Below, piece after piece: positions 50,642 to 61,519 of a DNA stretch of 64,000 nt; positions within the stretch are counted from its first letter, which is position 1; each line of letters opens with the position of its first letter. The notes under the pieces were generated by a model that worked only from the letters and a program-made list of their open reading frames with translations, did no database searches and had not been told where the DNA came from. The stretch is taken from positions 25,581-89,580 of the forward strand of contig JAZDFV010000002.1 of NCBI GenBank assembly GCA_043807585.1. Direction: 5' to 3'. A program made the position numbers and the translations under genes. This DNA comes from Candidatus Jorgensenbacteria bacterium (GTDB lineage: Bacteria > Patescibacteriota > Minisyncoccia > UBA6257 > GWB1-50-10).

Positions 50642-50778
50642 AATTCCAAACTCCAAGCACCAAATAACAAATAATTACCAAATTCTAAATACCAATTTCC
50701 AAACAGTTCTGCGTTTCGGTCATTGAGGTTTTGAATTTGTTTGTAATTTGGGATTTGTGATTTGGAATTTTTACTTGT

Positions 50779-52914
50779 ATGCCCCGTCAATACCCAATGG
50801 AGAGGGTGCGAGATATCGGCATCATTGCTCATATAGATGCAGGCAAGACCACCGTGACCGAGCGCGTACTTTTCTATACCGGCCTTACCCACAAGATCGG
50901 GGAGGTGCATGAGGGCGATACGGTGATGGACTGGATGGAGCAGGAGCGCGAACGCGGCATCACCATTACCTCGGCCGCAACCACCTGTTTCTGGACTCCG
51001 ACGTACGCGAAGGGCGGCCCTTCGACAAGCTCAGGGCAAGCAAGGGGCAACGAGCACGAATACCGCATTAACCTCATTGATACGCCTGGCCACATTGATT
51101 TCACCGTGGAGGTGAAACGTTCGCTCCGAGTGCTCGACGGCGCCGTGGTGGTGTTCGACGGCGTGGCGGGAGTGGAGCCGCAGTCCGAAACGAACTGGCG
51201 CTACGCGGACGAGTACGGCGTGCCCCGCATTTGCTTTGTGAACAAACTGGACCGCATGGGAGCGAGTTTTGAGAAGAGCTTGGAGTCCATCAGGGATCGG
51301 CTCACCCCGCACGCGGTGGCGCTCCAGTGGCCCATCGGCATCGAGGAGAGCTTCAAGGGTGTCATAGACCTACTTACCCTCAAAGCGTACGCCTTTGAGG
51401 GCGAGCACGGGGAGCGCATCGTGGAAATCCCCATCCCGGGCGATTTGAAAGATGTCGTCGCGAAAGAGCGGCATGAGCTCGTGGAAAAGATCGCCGAGAC
51501 CGATGACCGCCTTCTCCACGGTTACCTCGGAGGGAAAGAGCCCACCGTTGAGGAATTGAAGGGCGCGCTCCGCAAGGCGGCGCTCGCGGTGAAGCTCGTG
51601 CCGGTCTTCTGCGGCTCGGCTCTGAAAAATAAAGGAGTGCAGTTCGTGCTGGACGCGGTAGTGGACTACCTCCCTTCGCCGTCGGACCTCCCGCCGGTCA
51701 AGGGTATCAATTCCCAGACCCACGCCGAGGAGGAGAGAAAGCCTTCCGATGAGGAACCACTTGCCGGCCTCGCGTTCAAAATCGCTGCGGACCCATTCGT
51801 TGGTTCGCTCACTTTTTTCCGCGTCTATTCCGGTGTGTTGAAGCGGGGGAGCTACGTGTTGAATGCTACGAAGGACACACAGGAACGTATCGGCCGCATC
51901 GTGCTGATGCACGCGAACCACCGCGAAGAGGCGGAGGAAATTTATGCCGGGGATTTATGTGCTCTAGTGGGCTTAAAGAACACCACGACCGGCGACAGTT
52001 TGGTGGACCCGGAGCACCCTATTATCCTTGAGAAGATCATCTTCCCAGAGCCGGTCATTTCCATTCGCATTGAGCCGAAGACCAAAGCGGACCAGGAGAA
52101 AATGGGGCTTGCGCTCCACCGCCTCGCCGAGGAGGATCCAACGTTCCGCGTTTCGGGAGACATGGAGACAGGCGAGACCATCATTGCTGGCATGGGCGAG
52201 CTCCATCTGGAAATCATCGTGGACCGCATGAAGCGCGAGTTCAGCGTGGAGGGCAGCGTCGGCCGCCCGCAGGTCGCCTACAAGGAAACGGTGAAGGGTA
52301 ATGGTGATGGGGAGGGTAAGTACATCCGGCAGTCCGGCGGGCGCGGGCAGTACGGCCACGTGAAGCTCAAGGTGGAGCCGCTCGCGCGCGGCACGGGATT
52401 TGAGTTTGTGAATGAGATAAAAGGCGGTGCCATCCCGCAGGAGTTCATCACGCCTGTGGAGAAGGGTGTGCGGGAGGCGATGGAGAAGGGAATCATGGCG
52501 GGCTACCCGGTAACCGACGTGAAGGTGACCCTCTACGACGGTTCCTACCATGAGGTGGACTCTTCGGAGTTCGCGTTCAAGATCGCGGGTTCCATGGCGC
52601 TCCAGGAGGCAGCGAGGCAGGCGAAGCTTGTGATGCTTGAACCGATGATGAAGGTGCAGGTCATAGTGCCGGCCGATTTCCTTGGGGATGTGACAGGAGA
52701 CCTGAATTCGCGCCGGGCGAAGATCACCGCCATGGGGGAGCGGGTAAATGTCCGCGTCGTGGATGCGCTTGTGCCGCTCTCCGAGATGTTTGGCTACGTG
52801 ACCAACCTCCGCTCAATGACGCAGGGGCGCGGGAACTTTACGATGGAATTCAGCCACTATGAGGAAGTGCCGAATAACATTGCACAATTGATCGTGGAAG
52901 GTAAGAAAAAATAA
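50779..52914 (+). CDS. fusA: Elongation factor G
   Basis: [28 protein letters not shown]. Confidence 0.99.
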   Translation: MPRQYPMERVRDIGIIAHIDAGKTTVTERVLFYTGLTHKIGEVHEGDTVMDWMEQERERGITITSAATTCFWTPTYAKGGPSTSSGQARGNEHEYRINLIDTPGHIDFTVEVKRSLRVLDGAVVVFDGVAGVEPQSETNWRYADEYGVPRICFVNKLDRMGASFEKSLESIRDRLTPHAVALQWPIGIEESFKGVIDLLTLKAYAFEGEHGERIVEIPIPGDLKDVVAKERHELVEKIAETDDRLLHGYLGGKEPTVEELKGALRKAALAVKLVPVFCGSALKNKGVQFVLDAVVDYLPSPSDLPPVKGINSQTHAEEERKPSDEEPLAGLAFKIAADPFVGSLTFFRVYSGVLKRGSYVLNATKDTQERIGRIVLMHANHREEAEEIYAGDLCALVGLKNTTTGDSLVDPEHPIILEKIIFPEPVISIRIEPKTKADQEKMGLALHRLAEEDPTFRVSGDMETGETIIAGMGELHLEIIVDRMKREFSVEGSVGRPQVAYKETVKGNGDGEGKYIRQSGGRGQYGHVKLKVEPLARGTGFEFVNEIKGGAIPQEFITPVEKGVREAMEKGIMAGYPVTDVKVTLYDGSYHEVDSSEFAFKIAGSMALQEAARQAKLVMLEPMMKVQVIVPADFLGDVTGDLNSRRAKITAMGERVNVRVVDALVPLSEMFGYVTNLRSMTQGRGNFTMEFSHYEEVPNNIAQLIVEGKKK

Positions 52915-53154
52915 GCCGTAGCAGTTATCCACACTACATCGCCAGCTTGACAGAATCCGCCCCATCAGCGAGTATTACCACATAACCCGCGCCAGAAGCG
53001 GCGCGGTAAAAAAGTCGAAAAAACGAGTAGCGATACCAATATACTAATGCATACGAATTATACGAATAATACAAAATAGGGGCATGGGTCCATTCGTATA
53101 ATTAGTATCATTCGTACTATTCGTATATTAGCATCGTGTAAGCGAAGCGATATT

Positions 53155-54354
53155 ATGGCAGAAAAAGAAAAGTTCGTACGCAGTAAGCCCCACGTGAACG
53201 TGGGCACCATCGGGCACGTGGACCACGGCAAGACCACCTTGACCGCGGCGATCATGCACGTGCTCAACATGAAAGGTTTCGTGAAGAAGGTGGAGACGGT
53301 GGACATGATCGACAACGCACCCGAGGAGAAGGCGCGCGGTATCACCATCGCCCTGCACCACTCGGAGTACGAGTCCGACAAGCGCCACTACGCGCACATA
53401 GACGCGCCGGGGCACGCGGACTACATCAAGAACATGATCACCGGCGCCGCCCAGATGGACGGTGCCATTCTCGTGGTCTCCGCCGCCGACGGCCCCATGC
53501 CGCAGACGCGTGAGCACATTCTCTTGGCGCGCCAGGTCGGCGTGCCGGCCATCGTGGTGTTCCTGAACAAGGTGGACATGGTGGACGACAAGGAGTTGGT
53601 GGACCTCGTGGAATCCGAGGTGCGGGAGCTCCTGAAGAAGTACCAGTTCCCGGGCGATACCACGCCTGTGATCCGCGGTTCGGCCTTGAAGGCCTTGGAG
53701 GCCAAATCCGTTGATGATGAGGCGGCGAAACCGATCCTTGAGATTGTGAAGGCCCTTGACGACTTCATTCCCGAGCCGGTGCGCGAGGTTGACAAACCAT
53801 TCCTCATGCCCATTGAGGATATTTTCTCGATCGAGGGCCGCGGGACGGTTGTGACTGGTCGCGCGGAGCGCGGGATACTTAAAGCGAACGAGGAGGTTGA
53901 GGTGATCGGTCTCCGGCCGACTCAGAAAACGGTGGTGACGGGCATCGAGATGTTCCAGAAAACGCTCGACGAAGCGCGCGCCGGTGACAACGTCGGTATT
54001 CTCCTCCGCGGTTTGAAGAAGGAGGATGTGGAGCGCGGCCAGGTGATCGCGAAGCCGGGGAGCGTGACGCCACACACTGAATTTGAAGCGGAGGTGTACG
54101 TGCTCTCCAAGGAGGAGGGCGGACGCCACACGCCGTTCTTTAAGGGTTACAAACCGCAGTTTTACATCCGCACCACCGACGTGACCGGTGAGGTAACATT
54201 GCCGCAGGGCGTGGAGATGGTGATGCCTGGCGATACAGTGTCCATCGTCGTGAAGCTTATCGCCCCCGTGGCACTTGAAGAGAAACAGCGGTTTGCGATT
54301 AGAGAGGGGGGGAAAACGGTCGGAGCTGGTGCCGTTACTAAGATATTGAAGTAA
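53155..54354 (+). CDS. tuf: Elongation factor Tu
   Basis: [28 protein letters not shown]. Confidence 0.99.
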   Translation: MAEKEKFVRSKPHVNVGTIGHVDHGKTTLTAAIMHVLNMKGFVKKVETVDMIDNAPEEKARGITIALHHSEYESDKRHYAHIDAPGHADYIKNMITGAAQMDGAILVVSAADGPMPQTREHILLARQVGVPAIVVFLNKVDMVDDKELVDLVESEVRELLKKYQFPGDTTPVIRGSALKALEAKSVDDEAAKPILEIVKALDDFIPEPVREVDKPFLMPIEDIFSIEGRGTVVTGRAERGILKANEEVEVIGLRPTQKTVVTGIEMFQKTLDEARAGDNVGILLRGLKKEDVERGQVIAKPGSVTPHTEFEAEVYVLSKEEGGRHTPFFKGYKPQFYIRTTDVTGEVTLPQGVEMVMPGDTVSIVVKLIAPVALEEKQRFAIREGGKTVGAGAVTKILK

Positions 54355-54526
54355 GACGGCTCCGACGCTCCGGTCGGAGTTCCGACTGAAACGTCGGAAT
54401 GGGTGCGGGAGCAGTCACGAAGATATTGAAGTAACCAACGACGAACAACTGACAACGAACGACGGCCGCCAGTCCCCGATCTCTTAGGTTGTTGGTCGTA
54501 GGTCGTGAGTGGTAAGTCATTAGCCA

Positions 54527-54859
54527 ATGGCAAAGAAAGAAGTAGAACTTCCCAAGGAGCGCTTGCGGCTCCGCGTCAAATCGTACGACGCGAAGCTCAT
54601 TGACGCGTCCGTCCGCCAGATCATTGAGGTCATCCGGCGGCAGGGAGGCGAGGTGGTAGGACCCACGCCGCTCCCAACCGAGTTCCGACGGTACACGGTG
54701 AACCGGTCCACCTTCGTTCACAAGAAGTCGCGCGACCAATTCGAGCTCCGGGTGCACAAGCGGCTCGTGGATATCATGAATCCGCAGCAGAAGACAATTG
54801 AATCGCTGTCTGATTTGAATCTTCCCGCTGGAGTAGACGTAGAAATCAAGATGGGCTAA
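54527..54859 (+). CDS. rpsJ: 30S ribosomal protein S10
   Basis: GPTPLPT, SRDQFE, LPAGVDVEI. Confidence 0.98.
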   Translation: MAKKEVELPKERLRLRVKSYDAKLIDASVRQIIEVIRRQGGEVVGPTPLPTEFRRYTVNRSTFVHKKSRDQFELRVHKRLVDIMNPQQKTIESLSDLNLPAGVDVEIKMG

Positions 54860-54950
54860 ACCCGCCCTTGGCGGGTCGCCCGTTATAGAACCTTATACGC
54901 CAAGAGAAAACCACGGGCGTAAGCCCGTGGAGTTTCATTTATCTGCTTCC

Positions 54951-55037
54951 AAGAAAACTATATCACTTTCCACGATCGTTGAAAGTGATATAGTTTTCTT
55001 TATTGAACAGCCGCCGAGAGGCGGCTGTTCAATAAAG
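54951..55037. terminator. Two adjacent long palindromes after rpsJ; the second is terminator-like
   Basis: AAGAAAACTATATCACTTTC..GAAAGTGATATAGTTTTCTT and TTATTGAACAGCCGCC-GAGA-GGCGGCTGTTCAATAA. Confidence 0.65.
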
Positions 55038-55060
55038 GCTTTTGGGGTATAATTAAAAAG

Positions 55061-55546
55061 ATGTGGAGATTCATAAAGAAATGGTGGGTTTTACAACACC
55101 TTCGTAAAGAGATAGCTTTTCATACTGGACAACAACCTATAGAAAAATTGTCTAGCGGTGGCAAGATTTTACCAACACAAGATTTTTTTATTAAGGGTAC
55201 AGATGCATATCCAGGATTGGCCAAGAAATCAGTAAAGAGATTTTCTTGGATATTATGGTGGCGCAAAAAGGAAAATATGGAAAAACTAAAGAAAAGAATT
55301 CACGAATATAACGAAATATTCGAAGTCTGTGTGAAAGAGAGTTATATCGAAATGCAACAAATGGATATTGGGCTTATAATGCCTTCAACCGCTACGCCTC
55401 TCGCTGACAGCATACATGGATGGTGGGGACTTCTACAAAATGTTTTGAAAAAATACAACCTCGCATGGACAGTTATAGTCATACCAATTTTGTTAGGAGC
55501 TTTCGGTTCTCCTTATCTGAAAGCTGTTCTTACTAAACTATGGTAA
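55061..55546 (+). CDS. Low-GC hypothetical protein inserted between rpsJ and rplC
   Basis: 161-aa ORF, C-terminal TM helix, TATAAT upstream. Confidence 0.75.
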   Translation: MWRFIKKWWVLQHLRKEIAFHTGQQPIEKLSSGGKILPTQDFFIKGTDAYPGLAKKSVKRFSWILWWRKKENMEKLKKRIHEYNEIFEVCVKESYIEMQQMDIGLIMPSTATPLADSIHGWWGLLQNVLKKYNLAWTVIVIPILLGAFGSPYLKAVLTKLW

Positions 55547-55756
55547 TAAACTCATCAAACCCCCCATGGCGTCAAGGGATTAATTATCTACTTCTAACGG
55601 GGTTGACCCCACACATAACCCGGTTATGTGTGGGGTTGACTCAAAAACGAGGATAATATAGGATAAACCTCGGGTTAAGGCACATACTTACGTATGAAAC
55701 AACAGGGCCAACCCTGCTGTTTTTAGTGCCTGAATACTTTATTCCCTTGGCATGAA

Positions 55757-55876
55757 TCCCGTTAGAAACAACAAGATATCAATTATGATATTCAATCATT
55801 GTTCAACAAAAAAACACGACAAAAAGGTCATGTCGCCTTTCCACGGAAGCGCGGACGCTTCCTGTTTCTAACGGGA
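55757..55876. mobile_element. TCCCGTTAG-family MITE inserted at the rplC start (TGAA duplication)
   Basis: A-TGAA-TCCCGTTAGAAAC..GTTTCTAACGGGA-TGAA. Confidence 0.8.
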
Positions 55877-56310
55877 TGAAAATCACGTGCAAAAAAGTGA
55901 AGATGACCCAGGTCTGGAAAACAGACCGCGTGGTGCCGGTCACGGTACTCAAGGTGGAACCATCCGCAAGCGAAGGGATATTCGACGCGCTCAAAGAAGG
56001 GGCGCGTGTTCGTGTTTCCGGCGTGAGCAAAGGAAAGGGATTCCAAGGCGTGGTGAAGCGGCACGGGTTCCACGGCGGCCCCAAGTCCCACGGCCAGAAG
56101 GATCGTCTCCGCGCACCGGGCTCGATCGGTCCCACCGCCCCGCAGCGGGTGCTCCCCGGGCGGAAGATGGCAGGCCACATGGGGGCGCGGAAAGTCACGG
56201 TGCGGAATCTTGTGGTGGCGGAGGTGCACCCCGAGGAACGGTTGGTGTTCGTGCGTGGAGCGGTGCCGGGGGCGCGCGGTACTAAAGTAGAAATGAGAAC
56301 CGCAGAGTAG
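55876..56310 (+). CDS. rplC: 50S ribosomal protein L3 (short)
   Basis: [26 protein letters not shown]. Confidence 0.95.
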   Translation: MKITCKKVKMTQVWKTDRVVPVTVLKVEPSASEGIFDALKEGARVRVSGVSKGKGFQGVVKRHGFHGGPKSHGQKDRLRAPGSIGPTAPQRVLPGRKMAGHMGARKVTVRNLVVAEVHPEERLVFVRGAVPGARGTKVEMRTAE

Positions 56311-56469
56311 AAAATTGAAATTTGAGTCCAACCCATAAAAATTCCAAATGACAAATTCCAAATCTCAAATAATATCCAATAGCCTAAATTCCAAACTTTT
56401 CGGAGGTTGGTATTTGAGATTTGGTATTTATTTGTTATTTGGTGCTTGGAATTTGAGATTTCTAAACTT

Positions 56470-57093
56470 ATGATCGTTGATGTTTTCAATCAAGAGAATA
56501 AAAAGGTGGGCACCGTGGAGCTCCCAAACACTGTGTTTGGCGTGAAGTGGAATCCGACGCTGGTTCAGCAAGTGACGGTCTCCCAGCTTGCGAACCGACG
56601 GAAGCCTATGGCGCACACGAAAACGCGCGGCGAGGTCCGCGGCGGCGGCAAGAAACCCTGGCGCCAGAAGCATACGGGGCGGGCCCGCCACGGTTCCACG
56701 CGTTCGCCGCTCTGGGCAGGCGGCGGCGTGACATTTGGTCCACGCAAGGACCGCATATTTGAAAAGCGTATCCCCATCGCTATGCGGCGCGCGGCGCTCC
56801 ACGCGGTGCTCTCCAAAAAACTTGCCGAAGATGAGGTGAGGGTCGTGGATACCTTCACGCTCACCGCGCCCAAGACCAAGCACGTGGCGGCGCTCGTGAG
56901 GTCCTTTTTCGGAAAACCTGCGAGCGTTCTTTTTGTGCCCGGGAAAGGCGAAGGAGATTTTTTCCGTGCGGGGCGTAACCTCCCCAAAACCAAAATTCTG
57001 CATGCTCGCTCCTTGAACGTGTATGATTGCCTTTCCCATCACTACCTGTTACTGGAACGGAACGCCATTGGCGAGCTCCGGGGCGCGAAGTAA
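56470..57093 (+). CDS. rplD: 50S ribosomal protein L4
   Basis: RGEVRGGGKKPWRQKHTGRAR. Confidence 0.98.
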   Translation: MIVDVFNQENKKVGTVELPNTVFGVKWNPTLVQQVTVSQLANRRKPMAHTKTRGEVRGGGKKPWRQKHTGRARHGSTRSPLWAGGGVTFGPRKDRIFEKRIPIAMRRAALHAVLSKKLAEDEVRVVDTFTLTAPKTKHVAALVRSFFGKPASVLFVPGKGEGDFFRAGRNLPKTKILHARSLNVYDCLSHHYLLLERNAIGELRGAK

Positions 57094-57110
57094 TTTTTCA
57101 TGATCATGAA

Positions 57111-57233
57111 TCCCGTTAGAGACAACTAAGATACCTACCTATGCAACTCCATATTTATAAACACAAAACATTAATTAGCAGCGAAAGGGCCGTGGCTATT
57201 ACGGTCGCCTATGGCGACCTGTCTCTAACGGGA
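57111..57233. mobile_element. TCCCGTTAG-family MITE inserted at the rplW start (TGAA duplication)
   Basis: A-TGAA-TCCCGTTAGAGAC..GTCTCTAACGGGA-TGAA. Confidence 0.8.
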
Positions 57234-57604
57234 TGAAACTCTTCTCCCGAACCAAAAAAGAGGAAAAGAAGCCGGCGGTGACTGCGGCGCCCGCGGCACC
57301 GGCATTGCGCGGCGAGCACGCCCAGCCGCTCGAAGGGTTTTCCCCGGTCCAGCGCCCCTATGTGAGTGAGAAGACGCACGGGCTCGAGCGACACCGCGCG
57401 TACGCGTTCCTGATAAACCCTTCAGCGAACAAGGAGATGATTAAGCGGTATGTGGAGGAGCGTTATAAAGTGAACGTGGAACACGTGAACATCACCAGCA
57501 TTGCCTCAAAGGCAAAGCAGTTCCGGGGGCGCGTCCATCACGTCGGCAAGCGGAAAAAGGCCATCGTGCGGGTCCGCGAGGGACAGCGTATAGAAATTTC
57601 GTAA
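57233..57604 (+). CDS. rplW: 50S ribosomal protein L23
   Basis: PYVSEK, KKAIV; position in the S10 cluster. Confidence 0.93.
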   Translation: MKLFSRTKKEEKKPAVTAAPAAPALRGEHAQPLEGFSPVQRPYVSEKTHGLERHRAYAFLINPSANKEMIKRYVEERYKVNVEHVNITSIASKAKQFRGRVHHVGKRKKAIVRVREGQRIEIS

Positions 57605-57852
57605 TGGCTTTGTCTAAAATTACAAGACAAAATCGCAGGAATTTTAGGTCCTCGACTGAGCTCGGCCGAACGTCCCACAAAACCTTACCCAGCACATAAA
57701 AGTATGAAAACATCAACCAATCTTAAAGTAATTACTTCTCGATTGAACGATTTGTACCAAGAAAGTCGCTTGGTTACTTTTATGTGCTGGGTGCTCAAAT
57801 TTTCAGCAAAATTTAGCATCGCCTTCGGCTCGCAAATTTTGGTAAATTTGGC
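57605..57852 (+). mobile_element. Composite intergenic element (rplW-rplB)
   Basis: 106-nt core ACCCAGCACATAAAAGT..ACTTTTATGTGCTGGGT 57687-57792; mini-ORF 57704-57856. Confidence 0.8.
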
Positions 57853-58674
57853 ATGAAACAGCACCGTCCATACACGCCTTCCCGTCGCCACATGACCGTG
57901 GTGGACTATTCGTCCATTACCGCGAAGGAACCCTTGAAGTCGCTCACGCGCCGCTTCCCCAAGCGGGGCGGGAGGAATTCCCAGGGGCGCATCACCATGC
58001 GCCACCAGGGCGGCGGCAATAAAGCGCTCTACCGCATGGTGGATTTCCGTATGAACAAAGCGGGTGTTCCAGCCAGGGTGGAAGCGATCGAATACGATCC
58101 ATACCGCACCGCTTTCATTGCGCGGCTCCTCTATCGGGACGGCGAGCGGCGCTACGCGCTTGCCTCCCATGGACTCGCGGTAGGCGATGTGGTGACAACG
58201 GGTGAAGAGGCGCCGGCAAAGCCGGGCAACCGAACGTCCCTTCAGCGCATTCCGGTAGGCACTTTTGTGTATAATATAGAGCTCTCGCCTGGCCGCGGCG
58301 GCCAGATCGCCCGTTCCGCCGGCTCAACGGTGCAGGTGCTCGCGAACGAGGACGGCTACACGCATCTTAAAATGCCGTCGGGGGAGGTTCGAAAGGTGCC
58401 ATGGAACGGCTGCGCCTCCATCGGTCAGGTATCGAATCCGGAACATAAATTCGTGACCATAGGGAAAGCGGGCCGCTCGCGGTGGCTCGGGGTGCGCCCG
58501 ACGGTGCGCGCAAAGGCGATGAACCCGCGTGACCACAAGTACGGCGGCGGCGAGGGGAGTACCCAGCGCGGCACCAAGCGTCCCAAGGACAAGTGGGGGA
58601 ATATCACCGGAGGCCGGAGGACCCGCAATAAGAAAAAGTGGTCGAGCGTGCTCATCATGAAGCGAAGATCTTAA
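57853..58674 (+). CDS. rplB: 50S ribosomal protein L2
   Basis: GRN..GRIT, EYDP.R, RPTVR..AMNP.DH..GGGEG. Confidence 0.98.
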   Translation: MKQHRPYTPSRRHMTVVDYSSITAKEPLKSLTRRFPKRGGRNSQGRITMRHQGGGNKALYRMVDFRMNKAGVPARVEAIEYDPYRTAFIARLLYRDGERRYALASHGLAVGDVVTTGEEAPAKPGNRTSLQRIPVGTFVYNIELSPGRGGQIARSAGSTVQVLANEDGYTHLKMPSGEVRKVPWNGCASIGQVSNPEHKFVTIGKAGRSRWLGVRPTVRAKAMNPRDHKYGGGEGSTQRGTKRPKDKWGNITGGRRTRNKKKWSSVLIMKRRS

Positions 58675-58700
58675 CCCCAACAAGCGATCCCTATAACTCT

Positions 58701-59030
58701 ATGTCCAGAAGCATTCGCAAAGGTCCGTGGGTTGACCCCAAGCTCTTGAAGAAGGTGAGCCGGCTCAAGCTTGGCGATCGCACGGTCATCAAAACGTGGT
58801 CGCGCGATTCTGAGATTGCGCCCGAGATGGTAGGGTTTGTCTTCGACATCCATAACGGCAGGCAGTTCATCGAGGTGACGATTTCGGAAGATATGGTGGG
58901 ACATCGTTTGGGTGAGTTCTCGCTGACCCGGAAGTTCGTGAAGCATGGAGGGAAAATGCAGCGTGACATCGAGAAAAGTGCCGAAGCGACCGCCGCCACC
59001 CCCAAGCCGCCCGCGCCTGCCGGTAAGTAA
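58701..59030 (+). CDS. rpsS: 30S ribosomal protein S19
   Basis: MSRS.RKGP, KTWSR, GHRLGEFS. Confidence 0.98.
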   Translation: MSRSIRKGPWVDPKLLKKVSRLKLGDRTVIKTWSRDSEIAPEMVGFVFDIHNGRQFIEVTISEDMVGHRLGEFSLTRKFVKHGGKMQRDIEKSAEATAATPKPPAPAGK

Positions 59031-59262
59031 GGGCTTTGTCTAAAATTACAAGACGAAATCGCAGGAATTTTAGCAACAAAACCTTACCCAGCACATAAAA
59101 GTATGAAAACATCAACCAATCTTAAAGTAATTACTTCTCGATTGAACGATTTGTACCAAGAAAGTCGCTTGGTTACTTTTATGTGCCGGGTGGACATTCG
59201 GCTGAGCTCAGTCGAAGCCCTCGGTTTTATAATCGCTCGTAAAACTCGCGAATAAAAACGGC
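59031..59262 (+). mobile_element. Composite intergenic element (rpsS-rplV)
   Basis: 106-nt core 59086-59191 nearly identical to 57687-57792; mini-ORF 59103-59255. Confidence 0.8.
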
Positions 59263-59820
59263 ATGCCCGAAACCACCACCGCAAAACTCAAATATCTTCA
59301 CATCACGCCGCGCAAAACGCGTGCGGTGGCGGACCTCATCCGCGGGCTCTCCGTGAATGAGGCGGAGGCGCAACTTTCCCTCACCGCACGGCGCGCGGGA
59401 GTACCCCTCCTGAAGCTCCTACGTTCGGCGGTAGCGAACGCAAAGCAAGTGTTGAAGAAAGAGCCAGCCGAACTCTTCGTAAAGGAGATACGGGTGGATT
59501 TGGGTCCCCGGTTCAAACGGTGGAACCCCCGAGCCCGCGGAGCGGTGAACCTTGTGGAGAAAAAGATGAGCCATGTGACAGTGGTCCTCGGCGTCATGGA
59601 GCATCCGCGCCCGGCGCGCTTCGTGTTCCCCGAAAAACCGAAAAAGGAGAAAAAGGAGAAAAAGGAGAAACGCGGGCACAAGCACGAACATGAAGCCAAA
59701 GAGAAACCCGCTGGTGAGGCGCCCCGCGGGGAGGAGAAAAAGAAAGCGAAGGAGGAACCGTGGCGCGGCGGCGGGCGCAAAGGGTTTCTCGGGCGCTTGT
59801 TCCGGCGCAAGGCCGTCTAG
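59263..59820 (+). CDS. rplV: 50S ribosomal protein L22 with Lys/Glu-rich C-terminal extension
   Basis: PRK.R.VADLIRG, SAVANA, PRARG. Confidence 0.97.
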   Translation: MPETTTAKLKYLHITPRKTRAVADLIRGLSVNEAEAQLSLTARRAGVPLLKLLRSAVANAKQVLKKEPAELFVKEIRVDLGPRFKRWNPRARGAVNLVEKKMSHVTVVLGVMEHPRPARFVFPEKPKKEKKEKKEKRGHKHEHEAKEKPAGEAPRGEEKKKAKEEPWRGGGRKGFLGRLFRRKAV

Positions 59821-60039
59821 GTTTGTCTGAAATTTGAAGATGAAATCGCACAAATTTCAGCAACAAACCGTGACCCCGTTAGATAGCGGTAATAATATGA
59901 AATTTCAATACAAAAATGGAGTATTAGGGATAACAATCGTCGAACCACTCCGAGCGGGTCCGTCCGCATCTAACGGGGTGCTCAAATTTATGGCGGAATA
60001 TGACTTCGCCTTCGGCTCGTAAATTTCGATAAATTTGGC
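59821..60039 (+). mobile_element. Composite intergenic element (rplV-rpsC)
   Basis: 107-nt core 59873-59979 homologous to 49999-50105; mini-ORF 59897-60022. Confidence 0.8.
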
Positions 60040-60720
60040 ATGGCACAAAAAATAAATCCAACAACTTTCCGATTAGGCATTACCATCCCGTGGCGGAGCC
60101 GCTGGTTCTTCAAGCGGAGCCTCCGGTTTTTCCTTGAGGAGGATTACCTTATCCGCGAACTGATCCGCGAGAAGATTCTCGAGGCCGGTATCGCGGGGAT
60201 CGAGATTGAGCGGACCGCCGACGCCATCCGCGTGAGCATCCGCGCGAGCCGCCCCGGCCTCATCATCGGGCGCGGCGGCAAGGGCATTGACGAAATTCGC
60301 AAACTCCTGGAAAAAGAGATCCGCGCGCTCCGACAAAAAAACCGTATGACGCGCCCCTTCGCGCTCCACTTGAACGTGGAGGAGCTGAAGCGCACCGAGA
60401 TATCCGCCCCGGTGGTAGCCCAGCAGATCGCTTTCGATCTTGAGAAACGGCTCCCATACCGCCGCGTGATGAAGCGGCATCTCGAGCTCATGATGCAGAA
60501 CCGCGAGGTGAAGGGGGCAAAGATTAAGTTGAGCGGACGGCTGAATGGAGCCGAGATTTCGAGGACTGACTGGCTTGCCAAAGGCAAAATGCCTCTCCAA
60601 ACCCTCCGCGCGAACGTGGATTACGGCGAGGCGACCGCGTTCAACTCCTACGGGACCGTGGGTGTAAAGACGTGGATCTATAAGGGAGACATATTCTCAG
60701 AAAAACCCCACGAGCGGTAG
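60040..60720 (+). CDS. rpsC: 30S ribosomal protein S3
   Basis: RPGLIIG, GRLNGAEI, PLQTLRA. Confidence 0.98.
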   Translation: MAQKINPTTFRLGITIPWRSRWFFKRSLRFFLEEDYLIRELIREKILEAGIAGIEIERTADAIRVSIRASRPGLIIGRGGKGIDEIRKLLEKEIRALRQKNRMTRPFALHLNVEELKRTEISAPVVAQQIAFDLEKRLPYRRVMKRHLELMMQNREVKGAKIKLSGRLNGAEISRTDWLAKGKMPLQTLRANVDYGEATAFNSYGTVGVKTWIYKGDIFSEKPHER

Positions 60721-60887
60721 TGAGCGTCGGTTTTTCGAGAACCCAGCACATAAAAGTATGAAAATATCAACTGATTTTAAATTAATTATTTCTGTGTCAA
60801 ATGGCTTGTACCAAGAAGGTCGCTTGGTTACTTTTACGTGCTGGGTGCGCAATTTTATGATTTCGCTGCCGCTCAAATAAAATTGGC
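60721..60887 (+). mobile_element. Composite intergenic element (rpsC-rplP)
   Basis: 106-nt core 60741-60846; mini-ORF 60758-60880. Confidence 0.8.
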
Positions 60888-61298
60888 ATGCTCCAACCCA
60901 AGAAACAAAGATTTCGCAAGCAGCAGAAGGGGCGCTCCCGGAGCCGCCTCGTGGAGACCCGCGGCACGACGCTCGCATTCGGCCACTTTGGTTTGCAGGC
61001 CCTTGAGGCCGCGTGGGTGACGGCCCAACAGATCGAGGCGGCGCGGAAGGCCATCAGCCACGGCATGGAACGCGAAGGGAAAATGTGGATTCGCGTGTTC
61101 CCCGATAAACCGGTAACCAAGCTGCCGCCCGAGGTGACGCTGGGGGGAGGCAAGGGCGAGGTGGACCATTACGTATTTCCCGTGAAGCCGGGTCGCATCC
61201 TCTTTGAGGTTGATGGGGTGCCGGAGAGTGTCGCATTTCCCGCGCTCCGCAACGCCGGTCATAAGCTGCCGGTGAAGACGAAGATTGTAACAAAGTAA
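60888..61298 (+). CDS. rplP: 50S ribosomal protein L16
   Basis: QIEAAR, WIRVFPDKP, KLP. Confidence 0.98.
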   Translation: MLQPKKQRFRKQQKGRSRSRLVETRGTTLAFGHFGLQALEAAWVTAQQIEAARKAISHGMEREGKMWIRVFPDKPVTKLPPEVTLGGGKGEVDHYVFPVKPGRILFEVDGVPESVAFPALRNAGHKLPVKTKIVTK

Positions 61299-61519
61299 GG
61301 GCTTGGTATGGATTTTCAAGCCGCAGGCGCAGAAAATACATGAACCAAACCTTACCCAGCACATAAAAGTATGAAAACATCAACCAATCTTAAAGCAATT
61401 ACTTCTCGATTGAACGATTTGTACCAAGGAGGTCGCTTGGTTACTTCTATGTGCTGGGTGCTCGGTTTTATAGCTAAATTTCCGTCGCGTGCTCGCTTGG
61501 AAATTTAGATAAAAACAGC
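61299..61519 (+). mobile_element. Composite intergenic element (rplP-rpmC)
   Basis: 106-nt core 61354-61459; mini-ORF 61371-61508. Confidence 0.8.

Noticed and set aside
10153-52933. TTATCCACA DnaA boxes (near 10153, 46776, 52925) as oriC
   Set aside because: Single scattered boxes with no cluster and no dnaA
57687-61459. Four near-identical 106-nt repeats as a CRISPR array
   Set aside because: The repeats are too long and are separated by whole ribosomal protein genes; there are no cas genes
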